This document shows, in pieces, positions 53,098 to 64,000 of a stretch of DNA of 64,000 nt. Origin of the DNA: Leucoraja ocellata (lineage: Eukaryota); assembly GCA_036785375.1 (NCBI GenBank), contig JAWMAR010001106.1, positions 124,001-188,000 of the forward strand, given 5' to 3'. The translations under genes and the position numbers were made by a program. Within the stretch, counting starts at the first letter, position 1. The number at the start of each line of letters is the position of its first letter. The notes beneath the pieces were generated by a model. It searched no databases and was not told the DNA's origin. It worked only from the letters and a program-made list of their open reading frames with translations.

Positions 53098-56000
53098 CTG
53101 TAGATGAAAAATAGCAAGTGCTAGTCAATGAATACATCCCAGACCTCAAACAACGGGGAACAAAAAAGCTAAAATCTCACCAGGTCTGTCCGTGTCAGTA
53201 AACAATGAACACCTTTAGCCTGATGTATCGCACCGACATTATTGCTCCCTCTCATCGATCCATTTCCACAACGGAATTTCTAACATCAGTTTCTATACAA
53301 TGCTGCCATGAGCTTTGTTCCGTTACTGGCGGAGTTGAAACGAAACAAGGCGGAAACAAATCGTTTCAGATATCGTAGATATCATATCAAAGAATGTACA
53401 AAGTAATAGGGCCAATAGGACAACCATGCCATATACGCATTGTAATAACTATTTTGCAATTCATAGCCCCAATTAACAAAACCTGGTAGCAATACTATAA
53501 AACTAAGGATACAAATGGGAATAGAGCATGTTGGAAATACTTATCCGACGGTACAGCATTGGTGAAAGGACAAAATGTGTAGGAAATAACTTCAGATGCT
53601 GGTTTAAATCGAAGGTAGTCGCAAAATGCTGGAGTGACTGAGCGGGTCAGGCAGCATCTCAGATCAGCATCAGAGACATGCGTCCTGACCCGCTGAGTTA
53701 CTCCAGCATTTTGTGTCTACCCATTGGTGAAAGGCGACGTTTCTGGACTGAGATCCTTCCTTGAAAGTGAGAATGTCAACTATTTTCCCTGTTTCGACAG
53801 AAGCTGATTGAACATGATTATTTGCTTTATTTTCTGTTCTTCGATTTAATGATACACATCGGTAGTGGAACATTTCGGACGTCGTAATATATTAAATCGG
53901 GCGAAGGAAGTTAATATAAGCCGTAATAATCATCGTTTCGCGAGTGGGGCATCACTTTCATTCAGAGAGGACGCTAGATTTACTTGGGTGGCTTGCTCTG
54001 TTAAAATAATAGCAGAATTGAAGCAATCAGCTTTGCAAATGCCTCTCGGGATCATAGCGGGACACAAGAGACGGCATGTACAGTAACCTTGAGCAACACA
54101 CGATGTGATGTGGCAACTCAGCTGGTCAGGCACCTTTTGAAAAGGGAAACAGACAAATGGCGTTTTTGGTCCGGACCTTTCTTCAGACTCAGACTGTTTC
54201 TTAGAGTGGTAATAGACACGCTGTATCTGAAGTGGGGTCCCGACCATGAGCGTCACCTACCCTTGTTCTCCAGCGATGCTGTCTGATACGCTGAGTTACT
54301 CAGATTCAGATTCAGATTCACATTTATTGTCACATGCACCGATTGAGGTACAGTATTTGTAGTAGTGTGATTTTTGATATTGTATATCTCCATACCTCCA
54401 GATTCACGGCCACTTTCGTCCCATCTGTTATCAGGCAACTGAACCATCCTACCGCAACCTGCGAGCAGTCCAGAAGTATTATCTACCACAACCACCACCA
54501 ATATCCAACATGCACTCAAATTCATTTAAACCATCTCCGCCACCTCCCTCCCCTTTCTTGATCTCACCGCCGCCATTACAGGAGATAGACTATGGACTGG
54601 CATCTATTACAAACCCACTGATTCCCACAACTGTCTCGACTACATTTCTTCTCACCCTGCTTCCTATAAATACTTTATCTCCTTTTCCCCGTTTCTCCGT
54701 CTATGCCGCATCTGCGCCCAAGACATAATAGGGCACCTGATGAGTCCTCAATTCTTTAGTGAACAGGGAACGCCTCTTCCATCATAGACGAGACCCTCGC
54801 ACGTGTATCCTCGTTGCTCTGCAAATCCGCCCTTGCCCCCCTCGCCGCCCCTAGTCCTAACAGTTTTAGAGTCCATCTTGGCCTTGCATCTCACCCCATC
54901 GGCCGTCGCGTACAACACGGAATCCTCCGACTTTTACGCCACCTCCAACTGGATCCTAGCACGAGTCACCTATTTCAATCTCCACCCCTTTCCAACTTCC
55001 GCAGAGACACTTCTCTCCGCAACTCCCTGGTTAATCCTCCCTTCCCACTCAAACTACGCCTATATCCTATAATTATATTAAAAGTAAAGGGGAACTGTTT
55101 TTTTTAATGGTGGTATGGTCGTCCACGCGTGGAGCCATAAGAGATGGACGAGGTCTTAAATGAATACCTCTCATCTTCATTTACCATGGGGAAGTTTATA
55201 CAAGGGAATTGGAGGAATAGTATAGGGACGTCCAGAAGCACAGGCCATTACGGCGAGGGGGTGCCGGCAGTGTTGAGGAACGAATACGTGGATAACGGCC
55301 TGCAGAGATATACCGTGAGGTTCCGTGGAGAGGAAGTATAGAAATGCCGGGAGCATGGCAGAGGTGATTTGTATCTTCCTTCGCCAGAGGTGACGTCCTC
55401 GGCTATTGGAGCGTGGATAGCATTTGGCCTATATTGGGGAAGGACTGAAAGACAATCTGCGGATCGACCTTCTCGAGAGCGTAGTAAATGAATGTGAGAG
55501 GAATTTGACAGGCATGATCTATTTGCACTTATAACAGTCAGGACTAATTGGGAATAGCCAGTGACCAATGCAGTTCTTTGGACATTGTTTATGTGGACTT
55601 TAGCAACTCATTTGTCAAGTTCCTTAAACGTAGGCTAAGATCTGGGATTCGGTGAGAAGTAACCAAATGGGTACATAATTGGCTTGATGGTGGGTATCAG
55701 AAGGTGGTAGAGGAGAGTTGTTATCCAGGTAGTTTTCCAGATTGGAGGTTTATGGCAGGATCGGAGCTGGATCCGCTAGTGATGCCATGTTGATGCCATG
55801 TATGTTAATCATTCGGATTAGAAAACACTTCGCCGTATCAGAATTTTAACAGACGACAATCAATGAGTTTGTGAGGCGACTGCAATTGTAGCATTTCATT
55901 CGAGAGGGCTAGAATACAATAATAGAGATGTATTGCTGAGGCTTTATCAAGCACAGTATTGTGAGTAGTTTTGTGCCAAATCTGAGGAAGGCTGTGCTGG

Positions 56001-58369
56001 CGTTGGAGACGATCCCAGCAGGTTTACCAGAATGATTCCAGGAATAATTGTGTTAACATATGTTGAGCGTTTATAGGCACTAAGGCCTGTAATCTGGCGT
56101 TTAAAAGGATGTGACGGGACCTCATAAAGATTTAGGAATGAGTAAAATGCCCGGTAGAATGAATGTGGAGAGGATGTTTCCAACAGTGGGAGAGTTGATG
56201 ACCAGAGGCCATATACTCAGATTAAAAGGATGTGCCTTTAGAAAGGAGGTAAAAAGGAATTTATTTCGTCAGAAGGTGGTGTGTCTGTGGAATGCATTAC
56301 CACAGACGGCAGTGGATGCCATCAATGACAGATTATTGATTAGTTAGGATGGCAGGAGCTATGGGACGAAAGCGGGAGAATTGGGTTGAGAGCAAAAATT
56401 CTGTTCTTTGAACGTATAAATGTATGAGTGGCGTGGCGGAGAGGAATGAATGCCTAAACCACAACAAGATCTGCACCAATTGGTGAATTGGATCATAGAA
56501 TAACAGATGGAGAACGAGCATGAATTTATGCAGTTGAGGAAGTTAACCCAAGGCATAAAGTACACAATACATGGCAGGGCCCAGGAGAATGTATCCTAAA
56601 TTTGCCGATTGCCAATGACAGGTGGGAAACGTACTTGCAAAGAAGACAAAAGGCGGCTTTGATAGTTAGATTTTAGGATGACAAATTAAAATTTGAGTAA
56701 ACTGTGCGATATAACCGAATTTTGAGATGCAAAGCAACCTGCCGCCTTTACACTTGTTTTGTTGGGAATTAGTTTGCAAGCAGCCAAAACATAATATTAT
56801 TGGTTATTGTGAGCAAATGTAATGCTTTTGTTACATCGAGCATTGATAAGAAAAGGTGTGAAGTACAGCACTGATCACCTTTTTTTTAAGAATGCATGTA
56901 GACGTGTTGGTGGTACTTCAGAAAACACTTGCAGGGCATACACACGAAAGTCGAAAACGTCAGAAAAGACGGTGCAGTGATAAGACTTTGTATCAGGAGT
57001 GAAAGGCCTTTATTTACGAGTGAAGAGTGAGTGTTTTATTGTCAGATGCGCCGAAACTGAACAAAGATACTCGTGCTTGCAGCAGCACAACATAATGTAA
57101 ACACAGTACTCAGTAAACATCGTAATGAACAACACAATTATGTAAACGAACAATAATATAGCAAAGCCAACAAAAAAAAAGACAATGCCGCATTTTCATG
57201 TACTTCGGAGCTTATTTAATTTAGTTTAGTTTAGTTTAGGGATACAGCGCGGAAACAGGTCCTTCGGCTCACCGAGTCAGCACCAACCAGCGATCCCCGC
57301 GTATTAACACTATCCTACACACGAGGAACAATTTACAATTTACAATTTACACATACACCAAGCTAATTAACCTGTATACCTCTACGTCTTCGGAGTGTGG
57401 GGAGAAACCGAAGATCTCGGGAAATACCCACGCGTTCACGGAGAGAACGTAGAAACTCCATACAGACAGCACCCGTCGCCGCGATCGACATCGGGTCTCC
57501 GGTGCTGCTCTTATTTGGGAGCAGTGTTTCATAATCTGAAAGAAGTTGCTCCCGAACCTAGACGTTACAGTTTTGAAGTTCCTATGCTTTCTTCCTAATG
57601 GCAGGAATTAAATAAGAGCGTGGCCAGTGTGGAGTGGGCCTCTGATCATATTGGCTGCTTTTTCAAGAAACAAGAAAGGAGTCGTCAGTACTTCAGTTCG
57701 CACTTTTCCGGAATGCAATACAATCTTTACCCCATTCTGTTCTTTTGCATTTGCTGTATTTATCTGTCATTGCTTGATATTGTTTAGTATGTGAGCTGCA
57801 TGTCAATAAGCAATTCATTGTAATCTCGCGTTACGACAATAATCGAATATTCTGTAATTTGATTTTCATCTGGTGATGTGTTTTTTTTTCTCAGCGAGTC
57901 GTGGGTCTTTGAAAATATCTTCTTAAAATTATACTTAAAGCAAATATTAAATATTATTTTTTGAATGATAAAGGTGGAGGTAGGTGGATGATTAATACAC
58001 AGTTGATGAATATTTACAGGAAAAAGCGGAAAAACGGATCTTACAGTTAGATCAACGGTGATACTGCTTGACGGGCGAATCTCAGTCGATTGAATGGCGT
58101 TCTCTTGCTCCGAGTTCGTCTCTCTTTGCATGGTGAACGAGGCATGGGACATACATTTCAGAGTCCGCGTATAATCTCAAGTTATTGGCCAGGGTGCCTT
58201 TTGCCTCTAAACAATCAAGTGCTCGATTTCCAATGTCTCCATGCCGTCCATATCTGTAAATTCACTTTATATGGAACACCTGAGATTGAGTTAATGCATG
58301 ATTCGAAATGGAGACATTACCTGGATCAACGGATATAATACACCATAGGGTGATTAAATGGAAATCAAG

Positions 58370-60070
58370 TCAGCATTATTTAAATAACATAACAATGAAA
58401 TTCAGTGGATGTTTTACCCCACTCATTAACTGCTCTTTGATTTTTTGTTGCGTTCCTGCATAAATGAATGGATTTATACATGAACTCAAAAGCTGAAGCA
58501 TATATCCGCTTTCTTCCAACGTAAAATTTGAATCATTGAAGTTAGAACCCGAGAAATATCGAACATTCGCAATCCGAACTTAAAGGAACGTGACGAAAGG
58601 TAACGCCCAGGACAGGATGAAACCGCAAGATATTAACAGGAGCAAAACAATGGATTTTCTCCGGTTTTCCATTTCTGGATCACATTGATTATCTCCGTTT
58701 CTGTTGGACATTAATCTCCTTCTAGTTCTCATTGCAGCTAGAATATGTCTGACGGTGAGTACATTGAAAAGTAGTATCAGAAAGAATGGAAGGCATGGAG
58801 TTAAGATGCGGTGAATCCAATCAAAGGCACCCCATGCAGGCACGGTAGTGAAAGATAACTTTATTTGGCAGATCCAGCGGACGCCGTCAATTATAAATGA
58901 AGGCTCGTATGTAAAATGCCTTGGAATGTTTCTGACACAACTCACTGCACAGATTGTTACGATGACAATGACCGCTGTTTTCTCAGTGCAGTACTTTGCT
59001 TTCAGCTTCTGGCAACAAATGGCTATATATCGGTCAAGTGTGAACACCACTGTCACCCAGACTGCACAGTCTTGGATTCCATCAATTAGAACAAAGCTGA
59101 CGCTGCAGACTGGAGTGATGGACATGAAGCTGAATGGGAAATATATACCTACCACTCGGTTAAATATCACAGCCGTGATAATGACTAAGAGATCGGTCAC
59201 AGCCATAGCCACCAGGTAGCAAGTGATGCATTTGGAAAGGCCGCACCTACCTCGGGACAGTACCACGATCACAGCCAGATTAGCTGTAGATGAAAAATCG
59301 CAAGTGCTAGTCAATGAATACATTCCAGACCTCAAACAACGAGGAACAAAAAATCTAAAATCTCATCAGGTCTGTCCGTGTCAGTAAACCATGAATACCA
59401 TTAGCCTGATGAATCGCACCGACATTATTGCGCCCTCTCATCGATCCATTTCCACAACGGAATTTCTAACAGCAGTTTCAATACACTTAAGGATACAAAT
59501 AGGAATAGAGCATGTTGGAAATACTTATCCGACGGGACAGCATTGGTGAAAGGACAAAATATGTAGGAAAGAACTACAGATGCTGGTTTAAATCGAAGGT
59601 AGACGCATAATGGTGGAGCGACTCAGCGGGCCAGGCAGCATCTCAGATCAGCATCAGAGACATGCGTCCTGACCCGCTGAGTTACTCCAGCATTTTGTGT
59701 CTACCCATTGGTGAAAGGCGATGTTGCTGGACTAGGAGTGAGAATGTCAACTCTTTTCCCTTTTTCGACAGAAGCTGATTGAACATGAATATTTCCTTTA
59801 TTTTCTGTTCTTCGATTTAATGATACACATCGGTAGTAGAACATTTCTGACGTCGTAATATATTAAATCGGGCGAAGGAACTTCATATAAGCCGTAATAA
59901 TCATCGTTTCGCGAGAGGTGCATCACTTTCATTCAGAGAAGACGCTAGATTCACAATCGAACATTATAACCAGAGGAAATCTCTAATAAAAACACTTTAC
60001 CCGTAACTCCAATAACTCCCAGGACTGGATAGTAAATGGCAAATAGGAGACCTTCCGGTATTCCATGCAT
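58370..60070 (-). pseudogene. G6: GPCR pseudogene or truncated gene (exon 1 60001-60070, exon 2 58370-59283)
   Basis: Full-length 914-nt exon 2, but a TAT>TAA stop at 58580-58582 (end of TM6) removes TM7. A second TAA lies two codons before the ancestral stop. Confidence 0.88.
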
Positions 60071-61159
60071 GTTTATCAGAATTGAGAACACATCTAACAC
60101 TGCATGCAAAATGGTTTAACCTATAGTCCCCAAGACAACCTCCGGGGAGTTACGTGGGTGTCTTGCTCTGTTCCAATAATAGCATAATTGAAGCAATCAG
60201 CTTTGCAAATGCCTCTCGGGATCATAGGGGGGCACAAGAGCCGGCAAGTACAGTAACCTTGAGCAACACACGATGTGATGTGGCAACTCAGCTGGTCAGG
60301 CAACTTCTGAAAAGGGAAACGGACAAATGGCATTTTTGGTCGGGACCTTTCTTCAGACTCAGACTGTTTCTTATGGTGGTAGTCGACACGCTGTATCTGA
60401 AGTGGGGTCCCGACCCTGGGCGTCATCTATCCTTGTTCTCCAGCAATGCTGTCTGATACGCTGAGTTACTCAGATTCAGATTCAGATTCACATTTATTGT
60501 CACATGCACCAATTGAGGTACAGGGGTATTTGAGTTACCATGCAACCATATAATTAAAAGAACTCAACACAATTGAAAAGAACGATATAACTTAACATTA
60601 ACCTCCACCGCAGTGATCACTGTGATGGAAGGTAATAAATTTCAGTCAGTCTTCCTCCTTTTGTTCACCCGTGTTTGGGGTCTTGCTGTTCGCAGGTTCC
60701 CGTGGTTGGAGGGCACGAAGACAGTCTCCTGCAAAGGCCTTGATGTTAGGCCGCAGTGCGGACTGAGATACGATACCGAACAGAATCGCATCTCCGTCGA
60801 GGTAATGCATTCGAAAAGGTTTTTCCCAACTCCACGCCCCCCCCCCTCCCTCGCAGAGAAAACAAGGTAAAGAACACTAAAAACATACATTTAGCACATC
60901 CAAAAAACAACAAAGAAGGAAGGGACAATTTGACTTTGCGAGGCAGCCATTACTGTCGCCAGCCGTTGGAAAGATGTTGCTGAAAGATGGTCCTGGAATA
61001 TTATGTGCAGTATACAGTATTATGTCGCCATATCGTGAGTAAATTGTGTCCAACACATCGTTACGAATGTTTTTGCCGCGTATTGTCCTGGAGCAATTTA
61101 TCACCTTTGTGGTGTCTCCCCTTCGAGGATCGAACATTTAATGTTTATCCTCAGTCTGA

Positions 61160-61895
61160 TATTCCTCCTACCACTGACTCCCTTGGCTATCTGGACTACA
61201 CTTCTTCCCACCCTGCTTCCTGTACGGACTCAATTTGCTCCGTCTACGCCGCATCTGCTCCCAGGATGAGAGGTTCCACACCAGGGCATCTGAAATGTCC
61301 TAATTCTTCAGGGAACCGGGGTTCCCCTCCCCCACCATAGATGAGGCTTGCACCAGGGTTTCTTGGGTCTCTTCCATACCCCGCAACAGTGCTCTCTCTC
61401 CCCACCCCCCACTCGCAACAAGGGCACAGTCCCTCATGTCCTCACCTTTCACCCCACTAGCCGTCACATACAACAAGTAATCCTCCGTCAGTTTCGCCAC
61501 CTCCAACGTGACCCCACCACTCGCCACATCTTCCCATCTCCCCCCCCCCCCCCCCCCACTGCCTTCCGCAATGACCGCTCCCTCCGTAACTCCCTTGCAA
61601 TTCTTCCCTTCCCTCCAGTCCCTCCCCCGGCACTTTCCCTTGCAACCGCAAGAGATGCTACACGTGTCCCTTTACCTCCCCCCTCGACTCCATTCAAGGA
61701 CCAAAGCAGTCGTTCCAGGTGCGACAGAAAATCACCTGCCTCTCCTCCAACCTCATCTATTGCATCCGCTGCTCGAGATGTGAGCTGATCTACATCGGTG
61801 AGACCATGCGGAGGCTTGGCGATCGTTTCGGCCAGAAAGGTTGCCTATTTCCTTCGCTCCATAGATGCTGCTGTTTCTCCAGCATTTTTGTGTAT
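61160..61895 (+). mobile_element. Penelope-like element 3' portion, internally deleted
   Basis: Paralogous copy; sequence jumps from GATCGTTTCG to GCCAGAAAGG at ~61830. Confidence 0.8.
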
Positions 61896-64000
61896 CTCCT
61901 ACCATCAAGTCGTCTCTATCTTACTCCATTTGGGGCTCTGTTTTGTGTCGGTTTTCAGATTGAGACCAACAACCATCGTTCCACAAACAGTGACTCACAT
62001 TTCGCTACTTAGTCCCTCATTATATATTTACCAATGCACATGGTATGGTGGCCAATTCATAAATTCATACATTTTGTCGCAGTGATAAAAATGACTAGTT
62101 GCGCCTCCAGAGCCCATGAAATCCCGATAATCAGCGGAGAGAACGGATGTTCTGTTTTTTGTTTTGCTGGATCCCGATGAAGGAATTGCTAGGGTATAAT
62201 TTGCGGTGGGTCCTCAGACGGAAGGACGAAATGCGGTGATGGGATTGGTAAATGATATTACAAGTAGACCGTGATATTTTTGTTCCTATTTCCATTAGGG
62301 TGTGGAAAGAGGGCAATCACAACAATTTGCATGGACATTTTCAAGCGGTTAATCCGCTCCCCCCTCCCCAGAAATGTCATCCCGGGACCTTTTAATAGCT
62401 TCTGTTTTGATAACCATTTCACAGCCTTGTGTTAGTTTGCCCTACCCTTCACTACTTCTCTGGTGCAGGAGACTCAACTTGCGATTCAATTGTAAGATTT
62501 GTCCGCCCGATCTCAATCGGATCTCAATCGGGCGGAGATACAATCTCCTACATCGCTACATTTACGAAACCCGGCGAGGTACGTCAGCCTATCCGTTCCG
62601 CAACAACTTATTTTTTATCTTTAAATTTTATATTTGTAGTAGTGTGATTTTTGATATTGGATATCTCCATACCTCCAGATTCACGGCCACTTTCTTCCCA
62701 TCTGTTATCAGGCAACTGAACCACCCTACCGCAACCAGAGAGCAGTCCAGAAGTATTATCTACCACAACCACCACCAATGCCCAACATGCACTCAAATTC
62801 ATTTAAACCATCTCCGCCACCCCCTTCCCTTTCTTGATCTCACCGTCGCCATTACAGGAGATAGACTATGGACTGGCATCTATTACAAACCCACTGATTC
62901 CCACAACTATCTCGACTACATTTCTTCCCACCCTGCTTCCTATAAATACTTTATCTCCTTTTCCCCGTTTCTCCGTCTACGCCGCATCTGCGCCCAAGAC
63001 ATAATATGACACCTGATGAGTCCTCAATTCTTTAGTGAACAGGGAACGCCTCTTCCATCATAGACGAGACCCGCGCACGCGTGTCCTCGTTGCTCGGCAA
63101 ATCCGCCCTTGCCCCCCTCGCCGCCCCTAGTCCTAACAGTTTCAGAGTCCCTCTTGGCCTTGCATCTCACCCCATCAGCCGTCGCGTACAACACAGAATC
63201 CTCCGACTTTTACGCCACCTCCAACTGGATCCTAGCACGAGTCACCTATTTCAATCGCCACCCCCTTTCCAACTTCCGCAGAGACATTTCCCTCCGCAAC
63301 TCCCTGGTTAATTCTCCCTTCACACTCAAACTACGCCTATATCCTATAATTATATTAAAAGTAAAGGGGAACAGGTTATTTTAATGGTGGTATGGTCGTC
63401 TACGCGTGGAGCCATACGAGATGGACGAGGTCTTAAATGAATACCTCTCATCTTCATTTACCATGGGGAAGTTTATACAAGGGTATTGGAGGAATAGTAT
63501 AGGGACGTCCAGAAGCACACGGCCATTACGGCGAGGGGGTGCTGGCAGTGTTGAGGAACGAATACGTGGATAACGGCCTGCCGAGATATACCATGAGGTT
63601 CCGTCGGGAGGAAGTATAGAAATGCCGGGGCCCTGGCAGAGGTGATTTGTATCTTCCTTCGCCAGAGGTGACGTCCTCGGCTATTGGAGCGTGGATAGCA
63701 TTTGGCCTATATTGGGGAAGGACTGAAAGACAATCTGCGGATCGACCTTCTCGAGAGCGTAGTAAATGAATGTGAGAGGATTTTGACAGGCATGGTCTAT
63801 TTGCACTTAGAACAGTCAGGACTAATTGGGAATAACCAGTGACCAATGCAGTTCTTTGGACATTGTTTACATGCACTTTAGCAACGCATTTGTCAAGTTC
63901 CTTAAACGTAGGCTAAGATCTGGGATTCGGTGAGAGCGAACCAAATGGGTACACAATTGGCTTGATGGTGGGTATCAGGAGGTGGTAGAGGAGAGTTGTT

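Larger units (their letters stand above)
45316..53910 (+). repeat. Near-identical segmental duplicate of 1-~8790
   Basis: Nearly identical ORF-track translations and shared CR1 insertions and pseudogenising lesions; offset 45315, becoming ~45117 after the gap. Confidence 0.92.

Noticed and set aside
62374-63009. 211-aa plus-strand ORF
   Set aside because: Chance fusion of unique sequence, a Rex 3' fragment and a PLE fragment; open only in this copy because of a short tandem duplication (ATCTCAATCGG twice).
1-64000. CRISPR arrays, rRNA/tRNA genes or prokaryotic systems
   Set aside because: No regularly spaced short repeats or RNA genes were seen; spliceosomal introns and vertebrate retroelements show the DNA is eukaryotic.

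Overview
Eukaryotic, repeat-rich vertebrate DNA. The repeat families (CR1, Rex1/Babar, Penelope-like, DIRS1-like, L1-like, V-SINE) suggest a cartilaginous fish, probably a skate or ray; that is an inference. The window is a tandem array of six minus-strand, two-exon class A (rhodopsin-like) orphan GPCR genes of the GPR139/GPR142-like type. Each has a 70-nt exon 1, a phase-1 intron and a 914-nt exon 2, giving 327 aa. Three copies are intact (G2 23180-25083, G3 34060-35760, G4 42944-44709) and three are pseudogenes (G1, G5, G6). A TM7 remnant of a more divergent paralog lies on the plus strand at 27330-27557. The units alternate as two spacer types (A/B), with a near-identical ~8.7-kb duplication 45 kb apart and one recombinant gene (G6). 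Differences between paralogs fall on canonical ligand-pocket positions (3.28, 3.36, 6.51, 7.39), which suggests a diversifying, possibly chemosensory, receptor family. One spacer holds a young 5'-truncated Rex1/Babar LINE. A non-autonomous DIRS1-like element with perfect termini has inserted into it, and that element itself carries a 3' tail of the same LINE family. Most short ORFs in the track are repeat-derived or spurious.
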